From: an uncultured Methanosarcinales archaeon
Lineage (GTDB): Archaea; Nanobdellota; Nanobdellia; Woesearchaeales; CAXGTL01
Direction of reading: 5' to 3'
Assembly (NCBI GenBank): GCA_964535955.1
Contig: CAZHVK010000006.1
Location: forward strand, 60,179-80,178
Length of the DNA: 20,000 nt
Part shown: in pieces, positions 9,599 through 18,211 of the stretch
Layout of the letters: every line of letters starts with the position of its first letter
How positions within the stretch are numbered: position 1 is the stretch's first letter
The notes under the pieces: generated by a model
Told to the model about the DNA's origin: nothing
What the model saw: the letters and a program-made list of their open reading frames with translations, nothing else
The model's database searches: none
Translations under genes and position numbers: made by a program

Positions 9599-9712
9599 GT
9601 ATGTGCATAGTGCCTGTTAAGGCCAGTGAGCACCAATCCTATCGTAAGACTGTCAGGACTTTCAATACATACTTGTGATAACATTGAAAGTGCGAACGAA
9701 CTATGCACATAC
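9599..9712. other. Inverted-repeat-bounded structured element (ncRNA, MITE or operator pair)
   Basis: Perfect 13-bp inverted repeat GTATGTGCATAGT (9599-9611) / ACTATGCACATAC (9700-9712). It encloses hairpins GCCT/AGGC, TCCT/AGGA and ACTTTCAAT/ATTGAAAGT (9658-9666 / 9683-9691). Confidence 0.55.
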
Positions 9713-9759
9713 GGTAAAAGACATCCTTTAAAAATTTATCTATTGTGTAGGCCACATCC

Positions 9760-9995
9760 AAATAAAGAATAAAGAACAAATCACAAAACCATAAAAACAA
9801 GAAAAAAAGAAAGAATGATGAAAACCAAATAGAAAAACTAATTAAAAAAAACAGAAACAAACAACAAATTAAGTAGAAAATTAAAAAAGAATAAACACAA
9901 AACAAAATAAAAAAAAGAAACTTAAAAAATAAAATAAAAAAAGAAACCAAAAACAAAAATAAATAAAAAACAAATAAAAAAATAAAACAAAAACT
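9760..9995 (-). terminator. Long low-complexity T-rich tract (on the minus strand) after rps15; probable oligo-U termination region
   Basis: About 235 nt of A-runs on the + strand immediately downstream of the rps15 stop. Confidence 0.45.
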
Positions 9996-10006
9996 TTACA
10001 CCAACT

Positions 10007-10462
10007 TCACTCTAAATACATCTTAACTCTTTTTGAATCAAATTTCCATTCAGCTGGTAATTTCTTTGTTTTTATATAATATTTAGCCAATCTCTTGATC
10101 TTTGATTCTGTTAACTGAAGTCCTCGTTTAGCAGTCATATCTTGATGTTTTGTTTCCAAATGTGTTTTTATTGCAATAAACCTTTTAATCAAAGCCATTA
10201 GATCTTCTGGCAGCTTAGGCAGCAGCTTTTTTTCAAACAAAATCTTGCTAATCTTTTTACCAACAACTGCTTTTACATCTGGCACACCATAAGTATCTCG
10301 TAATACTATGCCTATTTGAGAAGCTGTATTACCCTCTCTAGCTAATTTTACTATCAAAAGCTCGATTTCTTTTGGTTTATACCTAATCCAACCATGAACT
10401 TCTTTTTTATCTGGTTTTTTTGAACCTGATTTTCCTTTCTTTCCTGAATGCATTCTTGCCAT
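10007..10462 (-). CDS. rps15: 30S ribosomal protein S15 (uS15, S15P/S13e)
   Basis: MARMHSGKKGKSGS, IGIVLRDTYGVPDV, LPEDL and KRGLQLTESKIKRLAKYY. SD GAGGGTGA. Confidence 0.98.
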   Translation of the reverse strand: MARMHSGKKGKSGSKKPDKKEVHGWIRYKPKEIELLIVKLAREGNTASQIGIVLRDTYGVPDVKAVVGKKISKILFEKKLLPKLPEDLMALIKRFIAIKTHLETKHQDMTAKRGLQLTESKIKRLAKYYIKTKKLPAEWKFDSKRVKMYLE

Positions 10463-10590
10463 TATTGTCTCACCCTCTATCTATAATAATTATAAGAGAT
10501 AATAAAAATATAAAAAGAAAAAATATTATCTCCAGCATACACAAGTTCTAGTTAAATAGCCCATAAAACTTAAACCGTTGTATCCATTGA
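10463..10590 (-). promoter_or_regulatory. Candidate structured 5' leader of rps15
   Basis: TATA TTTATAAA at 10614-10621 predicts a start near 10589. Stems AAGUUUUA/UAGAACUU, AUACA/UGUAU and GAGAUAAUA/UAUUAUCUC (10524-10532 / 10496-10504). Confidence 0.4.
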
Positions 10591-10713
10591 TATTGTTAAG
10601 TGATGTACTCCTATTTATAAATCTATCGTAAAATGTATTATATGCAAAATATTACTCTATGTCATCATATTATGGTAAGATTTATATATATATCACACAT
10701 AAATATACACATT

Positions 10714-11712
10714 ATGACTAAAAAAGAGGGCCATCATGCACATCCACTAGTAAAATACATAGATGAGCAATTAACAAATGGATATTCTGAAGAAATTATT
10801 AAAAAACATCTTAAAAACTTTGGTCACAATTTAAATACTATAGAAAGATCATTTAAAATAGTTAAAAAAACACATTTCAAACTATTAACAAAAATCATAA
10901 TAATCTTATGCATTATTGTATCTTTATTCTTATTATTGTGGGTAACATTATCCACAAATGAAAAATTGATATATGTTTTCATAGGATTCTTACCAACAAT
11001 ACTTTGCTTAACAATTTCAATAATTTTTGCCGAAAAACCAAAAAACAGAAACCTAGACTTTTTATGGAGCCTTCCATTTATATTTGCATTATTATTCTTA
11101 TTTATAGGCCATGCATCAAACATAGACCTATTAAATAGAATGGAGATAAATAAATTAACAATATTAAACTTCATAATTTCCTTTGCATTCATAACAATGC
11201 TTTATTTAACAGGCTCACTACAAAAAGAAGTAATTGAAATAATTCCTGCAAAAAAAACAATAAAAAAACCAAAAAAAGTCAAGATATCAGGAGAAAAAGA
11301 ATTAAAAAAATATTTACAATCAATAGAAGATAAATGTAAAGCTATTAATTTTGCAATTGGACGTGTATACAGCAACAAAAAAACAGGCTCCAAAAAATTA
11401 AGAGACAAAATAAAGATAAACAAAGTCTGGTATAATGAGATAAGTAGTGCATTAAAAAATGGATATGATAAAAACAAAGATAAAACAAAAATACTAAACA
11501 ACATAAACAAAATAAAAGACAGGCTGGAATTATTTCACAAAACAGAGAAACAAGTATTTGGCCATGAACACAATCATCTTAAAAATTTAAAAAGAGATGA
11601 ACAAGGAAATGATAAAATTCTTCATATTTTAATAAAAAATGATAAAGACCCTATAAAATCATACTATGATGGTGCTTTAGAATTTTGTAAAAAGATTGCA
11701 AAAAGTTTATAA
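10714..11712 (+). CDS. Hypothetical four-TM membrane protein with soluble N- and C-terminal domains
   Basis: TATA at 10681-10688 lies 33 nt before the ATG at 10714 (MTKKEG). N-terminal YIDEQLTNGYSEEIIKKHLKNFGH helical module, four TM segments and a basic C-terminal domain. Confidence 0.75.
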   Translation: MTKKEGHHAHPLVKYIDEQLTNGYSEEIIKKHLKNFGHNLNTIERSFKIVKKTHFKLLTKIIIILCIIVSLFLLLWVTLSTNEKLIYVFIGFLPTILCLTISIIFAEKPKNRNLDFLWSLPFIFALLFLFIGHASNIDLLNRMEINKLTILNFIISFAFITMLYLTGSLQKEVIEIIPAKKTIKKPKKVKISGEKELKKYLQSIEDKCKAINFAIGRVYSNKKTGSKKLRDKIKINKVWYNEISSALKNGYDKNKDKTKILNNINKIKDRLELFHKTEKQVFGHEHNHLKNLKRDEQGNDKILHILIKNDKDPIKSYYDGALEFCKKIAKSL

Positions 11713-11774
11713 AAAAATAGATCCTAAAAGAGAACATATCATAAGATATATTATCAAAATAATAAAATAAGAAA

Positions 11775-14396
11775 ATGTCTTACAAACATGAACTCAAACC
11801 TAATAAAGCAGCTTTTATTTTTTCTAATTTTGTAAAGAGGGCTATTAGTTTAATAATATACATAGTTCTTCTTTTCTTTATATTTGGAGCATCAATCTCA
11901 GGATTACTAGCAATCCCAATCTTATTAATCAGTTGTCTGTTTTTAGCAGGATTTTATTTATTTTATATAATCATAAGATACAAAAAAGAAAAATACATTT
12001 TTCTAGAAAACAAGATCATTCACAAATCAGGAACAATATTCTCTGACAAAGAAACAGAATTAGTTATTAAAAACATAACACATGTTTCTATGAGCCTCCC
12101 ATTTATTGAGAACAAATTATTTCAAACAGGGAACATTGCAATAGAATCAGCAGGAAGTGCTGTAGCAGAAGTATATTTATCATCTATAGAAAATCCTAAA
12201 AAATTCTATGAATATGTAGAAGGATTAATGAAACATAATGGATTTAAACTAAAAAAACCAAAATTAATACAACAAGAACAACCAAACAGCTTAGGAGTGT
12301 TTTTTGAAGTATTTAAAAATGCAATTATGATAATATTTTTTATCTTTATATATATTTTTTCATTTCTTGAAGATCAAAAAAACCCTATTGACCTTGTAAC
12401 ATCAAATCTGAACATTGTTGTTATTGGAGCAGGATTAATCTTAATTTGGCTGTTCTTTAGAGGCATATTTAATTTCCTTGATTTAAAAAACAGAACATAC
12501 AATATTTACTCAGACACAATCACATATAATGAAGGTTTTCTTACAAAGAACTTCTCCTTCATACCAATTGAAAACCTTGCAGATGCTGCCATAACCCAGA
12601 CAATGATTGACAGAATCTTTGGTTTATATGATGTAAAGATAAGCTGTCCAGGTGTTGGCAACCAAATCCTATTTAAGAACATGGAAAATGGTCAAGAATT
12701 AGAAAAAAATATTGACAACCTGATCTCCAAAAGCAAATCATTAATAGGAAGAAAAACACAAACAAAAGCAGAAAAAACAAGACAAGGAAAACAAACAAAA
12801 CAAGAAAAACAAGAAAAAATCACTAAACAAGCAGCTTATCACAAAAATCTAAAAAAAGATACTAAGTTTACAGCAGAATATAGAATTAATGGAAAAAGAT
12901 TATTAATTCCATTAACAGCATATTTTGTAATATTCTTTTTATTTATTCTTATTCCAATTACTATTTTGTATTTTGTATTTATGTCAACAGATTCATTTGC
13001 AATATTCTCAGCTTTAGCATACACAATTCCAACTTTTATTACTATGATACTTATTACAGTACCATTAATATTTATATGGGCAATAACTTTTATAGCAAAC
13101 ATTATTAAAATCAGAGCAACAAAATACCTTGTAAAACCCAACAGTTTTGAAGAACAATACAAATTCTTAAAAACCAAGAACAAAGAATTCAACATAGACA
13201 AGATAACAGGCATTGTGTTTAAAGAAAGTTTCATAGATAAATGGTTTAACACATGCAGTATTCATTTTTGGTCAATTGGTTCTCATGAAAGTATAAATTT
13301 CATAAGCATAGACAAATCAAAAGGTTTATACAAAAAGATATTAGATAAATTTGGAATAAAACAAAATCAACAGCAGAATCAACAACAAAAAATTAAACAA
13401 CAGAAAAATAAACAGCAAACAATCTATAAAATGGATTCTAATTTTGATGTACTGACAATGTTTAAAGCAACATTGCCTTTTACACTTTTAATTTTCCTCA
13501 CAATATTATTTTTTATATCATCTGCATTTTTGCACTCATTAATGTTAATATTTCCATTCTTAATCATTCTAACATGCCTTGCCCTAATTATATACAGAAT
13601 CTATTATTATAAAAGATCAAAAATGGATTTTTACAAAGATTATGTTTATTTTACAAGAGGAATATTTTTTAAAGACTATTTCTATGTTTTATATGATAAT
13701 ATCAAAGACATTACCACAGTCAAATACCCTTTCTCAAACTTAGGCTCTGTTAGATTCAATGTAGCAGGAGAAAAAATGGTCCAGCAGCAGCAAAGAAGAG
13801 GTTTATTCCAAAAAAAACAACAAACAGTTCTTGCATCTTATTACTTTAAAATAAATTATATTGATGATATTGATAATAAAGATGAACTGATTGATCTAAT
13901 ATTTTATAAAAGGCCTGGCAAAGAAAAGATTGCACAAATAGAAAAACATATAACAGACTATGCACCAAAACCAATCCTTACTGCAAAGCCAGACATAATA
14001 ACAACTCTATTATCTAGTTTTTCTGTGATCATAGTGTTGGGTTTTTCTTTTATGATACCACTTGTCATGTTAATGATCTTTGTGCCCTTATTCATTATTC
14101 CAATACTAGCAGTATTTCTTCTTATAGCATTGTGGCTAATTTGGGCTATCAAAGTCAGATCATACATTATCCAATCTTATAGAGTATTAGCAAAATCAGG
14201 AATATTCTACAAAAGACAAACATCCATAGTATTCAATAAAATTGACCATATTAATTATTATCAAGGAATGCTTAACAAGATGTTTAATAATGGCACAATC
14301 ACAGTAAACACAACAGGCAGTAGTTTACCAGAATTAACAATAATGAATATTCCTAATTATAAGAAATTCCATGATGTTTTGAAAAAGTATTATTGA
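11775..14396 (+). CDS. YdbS/YdbT-like membrane protein with five bacterial PH (bPH_2/DUF304-like) domains
   Basis: Five repeats of a TM hairpin plus a Y....i....G.f......i....I..i......f.....G.i.i.taG pattern, e.g. KSGIFYKRQTSIVFNKIDHINYYQGMLNKMFNNGTITVNTTGS. Confidence 0.82.
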   Translation: MSYKHELKPNKAAFIFSNFVKRAISLIIYIVLLFFIFGASISGLLAIPILLISCLFLAGFYLFYIIIRYKKEKYIFLENKIIHKSGTIFSDKETELVIKNITHVSMSLPFIENKLFQTGNIAIESAGSAVAEVYLSSIENPKKFYEYVEGLMKHNGFKLKKPKLIQQEQPNSLGVFFEVFKNAIMIIFFIFIYIFSFLEDQKNPIDLVTSNLNIVVIGAGLILIWLFFRGIFNFLDLKNRTYNIYSDTITYNEGFLTKNFSFIPIENLADAAITQTMIDRIFGLYDVKISCPGVGNQILFKNMENGQELEKNIDNLISKSKSLIGRKTQTKAEKTRQGKQTKQEKQEKITKQAAYHKNLKKDTKFTAEYRINGKRLLIPLTAYFVIFFLFILIPITILYFVFMSTDSFAIFSALAYTIPTFITMILITVPLIFIWAITFIANIIKIRATKYLVKPNSFEEQYKFLKTKNKEFNIDKITGIVFKESFIDKWFNTCSIHFWSIGSHESINFISIDKSKGLYKKILDKFGIKQNQQQNQQQKIKQQKNKQQTIYKMDSNFDVLTMFKATLPFTLLIFLTILFFISSAFLHSLMLIFPFLIILTCLALIIYRIYYYKRSKMDFYKDYVYFTRGIFFKDYFYVLYDNIKDITTVKYPFSNLGSVRFNVAGEKMVQQQQRRGLFQKKQQTVLASYYFKINYIDDIDNKDELIDLIFYKRPGKEKIAQIEKHITDYAPKPILTAKPDIITTLLSSFSVIIVLGFSFMIPLVMLMIFVPLFIIPILAVFLLIALWLIWAIKVRSYIIQSYRVLAKSGIFYKRQTSIVFNKIDHINYYQGMLNKMFNNGTITVNTTGSSLPELTIMNIPNYKKFHDVLKKYY

Positions 14397-14413
14397 TCCT
14401 CCTAACTATGTCT

Positions 14414-15739
14414 TTACTCTTTCAACACACCATAACCAATCAATCTAAACCTTTGCCCAATCAATCTAGAAATAGTAATCCTAGCACCATAACCAACACA
14501 AATAGGCCTTTTCAAAGCACAAACAACCAACTTCTTCTTAATATTCATAACAACGCCAACTGTTGCTGCACTATTTACATTCAGCATCAAAGTTTCATGT
14601 AATTTAATAGGTTTAACTTCTAAATCTTCTTTACTACCAACAACCCTATCAAGCAAATGTACTTCTAATTTAAATTCATTCAAAACCAAAGGCAATTTAC
14701 CAACACGACCAGCAACATTTCCTGTTAAAGAATCAGACTTAACAATACTAGGATCTAAACCAGTCAACACACCTATAGAACCACCTGGTACAACTTGTTT
14801 AACACTCTCATTACCAGTCTTAAGACCAGTAATCTTTGCTGTGATAGATTTCCATTTTTGTTGATTCCTTTCTTGATAAACCATGCCAGGCTTTATCTCA
14901 ATTTCATCTCCAACTGCAAACTTTCCCCTGAACAATGCTCCACCAAGTACACCACCAACCATTTTCAAAGGATTACTTCCAGGCTTATTTATGTCAAAAC
15001 TTCTAGCAATAAACATTAATGGATCTTTATCAAGTTTTCTTTCAGGAGTTGGTATGTGTTTTTCAATAGTTTCAATCAAAACATCCACATTAGCTCCTTG
15101 CTGCGCACTAATAGGAACAATTACAGCATTTTCATAAATAGTTCCTTTAACAAACTCTTTTATTTCTTTATAACTTTCAAGAGCTCTTTCCTTAGAAACA
15201 ATATCAATTTTATTTTGAACAATAATAATTTTTTTCAATCCCATTATTTCAAGTGCCATTAAATGCTCTCTTGTTTGAGGTTGAGGACATTTTTCATTTG
15301 CTGCAATAAGTAGTAAAGCTCCATCCATAATAGTTGCTCCAGACAACATTGTAGCCATTAATGATTCATGTCCTGGTGCATCTACAAAACTAATTTTTCT
15401 TAGAAATTGACATTTACTTTTACATTTAGGACAAATATCTTTAGTAGTAAAACCAGGTTTACATTTAGGACATTTATAAAAAGAAGTATTAGCATAGCCT
15501 AATCTTATAGTAATGCCTCTTTTAAGTTCTTCAGAATGAGTATCTGTCCATTTACCAGACAATCTTTCAGTTAGAGTAGTTTTACCATGATCTACATGAC
15601 CAACTAAACCTAGATTTATTTCTGGCTGAAAAGATTTTTCTGATACCTTCTCTGATACCTTCTCTGATACCTTCTCTGATACCTTCTCTGATCCTTTTGT
15701 TGATTCTTTTGTTAGCTTGCTTGCTTTTTTCTTTCCCAT
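14414..15739 (-). CDS. eif2g: Translation initiation factor 2 gamma subunit (aIF2-gamma)
   Basis: QPEINLGLVGHVDHGKTT, RGITIRLGYA, Zn-knuckle CPKC..CPKC, DAPGHE, QNKID, PISA and RSFDINKPG. Confidence 0.98.
   Translation of the reverse strand: MGKKKASKLTKESTKGSEKVSEKVSEKVSEKVSEKSFQPEINLGLVGHVDHGKTTLTERLSGKWTDTHSEELKRGITIRLGYANTSFYKCPKCKPGFTTKDICPKCKSKCQFLRKISFVDAPGHESLMATMLSGATIMDGALLLIAANEKCPQPQTREHLMALEIMGLKKIIIVQNKIDIVSKERALESYKEIKEFVKGTIYENAVIVPISAQQGANVDVLIETIEKHIPTPERKLDKDPLMFIARSFDINKPGSNPLKMVGGVLGGALFRGKFAVGDEIEIKPGMVYQERNQQKWKSITAKITGLKTGNESVKQVVPGGSIGVLTGLDPSIVKSDSLTGNVAGRVGKLPLVLNEFKLEVHLLDRVVGSKEDLEVKPIKLHETLMLNVNSAATVGVVMNIKKKLVVCALKRPICVGYGARITISRLIGQRFRLIGYGVLKE
15639..15692. 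repeat. 12-bp in-frame tandem repeat TCTGATACCTTC x4.5 encoding (SEKV)n in the aIF2-gamma N-terminus
   Basis: Read directly from the sequence and the translation. Confidence 0.9.
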
Positions 15740-15843
15740 TTATATATAAAAGAAAAATTGATTCTTTATAAAGTTAACCCTACATTAACTCCATTGATAC
15801 TAATATATCTAGAAAAACATCTTAGTGATTAGTCTTAAAAAAC

Positions 15844-15996
15844 TTACCATTCATCTGTTTCTTCTTCTTTAAAATCAACACCATTGAAACTACTATGGCA
15901 AGTAGGGCAAATTTGACTATCATCTAACAAAGTGTCGCAAAAAGAGCATTCTTCAAATTTTTTTTTAATATTTCCCACCCCCAAAAAGCCAAACAT
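15844..15996 (-). CDS. Small zinc-ribbon (CxxC...CPxC) protein, about 50 aa
   Basis: MFGFLGVG...CSFCDTLLDDSQICPTCHSSF...EEETDEW. TATA at 16021-16028 lies 32 nt before the ATG at 15996. Confidence 0.65.
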   Translation of the reverse strand: MFGFLGVGNIKKKFEECSFCDTLLDDSQICPTCHSSFNGVDFKEEETDEW

Positions 15997-16118
15997 AACT
16001 GTAAACATTACATACAGGCATATATAAACATATATTAAATTAGATATATAAATGTTTTTTATATGGTATATATACATTATATGTCTACACTAGAATAATA
16101 AAAATATTGGTTAATTAA

Positions 16119-16890
16119 TTATTTTTTCTCTGGCTCTTTTGCTTCTTTCTTTGCTTCTGCTTTTGCTTCTTTCTTTGCTTCTGCTTTTGATTCTTTCTTT
16201 ACTTCNNNNNNNNNNNNNNNNNNNNNNNNNNNNNNNNNNNNNNNNNNNNNNNNNNNNNNNNNNNNNNNNNNNNNNNNNNNNNNNNNNNNNNNNNNNNNNN
16301 NNNNNTGCTTTTGCTTCTTTTTTAACTTCAGCTTTCTCTGTTTTTTCTTCTTCTGTTTTTTTCTTCTTTACTTCTGCTTTTGCTTCTTTCTTTACTTCTG
16401 CTTTTGATTCTTTCTTTACTTCTGCTTTTGCTTCTTTTTTAACTTCAGCTTTCTCTGTTTTTTCTTCTTCTGTTTTTCCTTCTTCAAACAAATTTTCTTT
16501 ACCAATTTTCAAAATTTTAAGATTAATTTGAGAAATTTTATCATGAATTATTTCACCACAAACAGTCTTTTTTCTTCTAAGACCTTTTCTTTTAGGCTTA
16601 TCTTTTTTCTTTTTCTTTGTACGCCCCTTTGTTTTTCCTCTAAAACCAATTGATTTAAAAGTCAATATTTTCTTTCTCTTTATACCAGGAACTCCTTTTC
16701 TCATAGGAAAACCACAATAATCAGAACCACCAGTTACTACAAACTCATAACCAGAAAAACCAAAATCTTCTCCTACAATCTTTTCCCCTACCTTTTTATG
16801 AAGAAAAAAGCTAGCATCCTTATCTTTAACTTCTTTTTGTACTGTTTTACCTGATTTCGGGTCTGATATAATTAATTTAAAATCCACCAT
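16119..16890 (-). CDS. rps6e: 30S ribosomal protein S6e with a long repetitive K/E/A-rich C-terminal extension (spans an assembly gap)
   Basis: MVDFKLIISDPKSGKT, VTGGSDYCGFPMR, GLRRKKTVCG and ISQINLKI. TATA at 16916-16923 lies 33 nt before the ATG at 16890. Beyond the 100-N gap the repeat frame reads EVKKESKAEAKKEAKAEAKKEAKEPEKK* with the stop at 16119-16121, so the ORF-track frame after the gap is probably wrong. Confidence 0.93.
16135..16480. repeat. Imperfect 24-bp coding tandem repeats (KAEVKKEA/S) plus a duplicated KTEEEKTEKAEVKK block
   Basis: Repeated TTCTGCTTTTG(C/A)TTCTTTCTTT(A/G)C units on both sides of the N gap at 16206-16305. Confidence 0.85.
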
Positions 16891-16990
16891 CTTATATAGT
16901 AGTTTTAAACGTGTATTTATAAATATGTCGGAAATTTTTATGAAAGAAACCAAAAAATCTCAGCTTATATTAAAAATAAACCAATCAACC

Positions 16991-17027
16991 CCAAAAAGAG
17001 GAGCTGAATGGCTTAACCTCTTTTGGT
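16991..17027 (-). ncRNA. Candidate small hairpin RNA or leader beginning at a predicted transcription start
   Basis: CCAAAAGAGG-UUA-AGC-CAUUCA-GCU-CCUCUUUUUGG. TATA TTTATATA at 17050-17057 puts the start at about 17026, which is the hairpin 5' end. No ORF follows. Confidence 0.35.
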
Positions 17028-17207
17028 AATATTACAAAAAGAATACTTCTATATAAACATTTAGATAGTAAAACCAGAATATTCTATAATAAAAAAGAGA
17101 ATAAATATATAAGATAATCATATAAAAAAGAACCACTAACAACAATAAGGAGAAGAAAAATAAAGACAAAAATAATAAGAATAATACAACTAAAAACAAT
17201 CATAACA

Positions 17208-17627
17208 TTATGTAAGAATATAACTAATCAAATTAAAATCCCAAATACCTTTTACAGCCCAGACTACAAGATAAACAAAAATAATAGAAATAAGTATAGA
17301 ACTAGAGATTGCTAAAATAAATTTCCAATAAGAAATACCACCACCAATCCTTTTTCCAGACTTAGCTTTTTTCTTAGCTCTCTTAGAAACTTTCTTTTTA
17401 ACTTCTTTTTTTTCTTCTTCTTCAGATTCATCATCATCATCTTTATCTTTATCTTTCTTTTTTTTCTTCTTTTTTTCTTCATCTTCAACATCCTTTTCAA
17501 TCTCTTTTGTATCTTTTCTTTTCTTCCACCATTTTTGAACGATTTTCTTATTAAATAAGTGAAATATTAAAATAATTAAACCTAGAACAACAATGCATGA
17601 TATAAATATAATCAAACCTAAATCCAT
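17208..17627 (-). CDS. Two-TM membrane protein with a highly charged central loop
   Basis: Hydrophobic termini around a K/D/E-rich middle. SD AGAGG. Confidence 0.7.
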   Translation of the reverse strand: MDLGLIIFISCIVVLGLIILIFHLFNKKIVQKWWKKRKDTKEIEKDVEDEEKKKKKKKDKDKDDDDESEEEEKKEVKKKVSKRAKKKAKSGKRIGGGISYWKFILAISSSILISIIFVYLVVWAVKGIWDFNLISYILT

Positions 17628-17713
17628 GTTTTTGCCTCTTTTTTATTTTATTACTATATATTTAGAAATAAGTAGTATTTAAATGTTGTGGGTTTTTTAA
17701 AGAAAAAAACAAT

Positions 17714-18211
17714 TCATATCAAAAAATACATAACAACAGGTATCAACAAACAACCCATTGCATGACTACGACTCACACCCAAAAGTGGAGGCAACATTCC
17801 AATAAAAGTAGCAACTACTAAAACCAAAATACCATAAAAACCTGCGAATAATAAAACCATTCCACTAACTAAACCAATTATCGAATAACAAAGTACCTTA
17901 TAATTAATCTTTGGAATTACTTTAGCAAACACTTTTGTTATTTGCAAAGCTAAAAATGTTGCAATGCAGCCTGCAATCAAAGCACACAATAAAAAAACAA
18001 TCATCTCAGTAATAGTAATTGTTTTCACAATCTCCATAACTGCAATTATTGCTCCGTTTCTTGCTTTTTCAAGAGCATAAAGAGTAACAATAGAAAATAA
18101 AAAGTTCACAGTGTTTATTCCACCGATCAATATCATGAATGCATGAGCACCAATGTCTCCAACTAAATTCATTGCAATGATTGCAGCATGTGCTGAACCA
18201 AGTCCAGGCAA
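17714..18211 (-). pseudogene. 3' fragment of an archaeal TctA/DUF112-family (tripartite tricarboxylate transporter-like) membrane gene, interrupted by an integrated element
   Basis: The fragment begins at an internal conserved motif, LPGLGSAHAA...LIGGINTVNF...ARNG...GVSRSHAMGCLLIP, seen in roughly 400-aa archaeal homologues. The frame upstream reaches TGA at 18245-18247 with no N-terminal half. Confidence 0.72.

Noticed and set aside
9599..9712. 5S rRNA, tRNA, SRP RNA or hammerhead ribozyme
   Set aside because: The size and end-pairing resemble 5S rRNA, but there is no loop-C CCGAAC or loop-E motif. There is also no TTCRA T-loop cloverleaf, no SRP helix-8 motif and no CUGANGA/GAAA core.
9639..9956. 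105-aa Phe/Leu-rich ORF
   Set aside because: It is a translation of the low-complexity T-rich spacer, with a non-ATG start and no SD or promoter support.
16111..16205. SR-rich C-terminus (SKERSKSRSK) on S6e, or a programmed frameshift
   Set aside because: This is an artefact of the arbitrary 100-N gap. The alternative frame continues the KAEAKKEA repeat.
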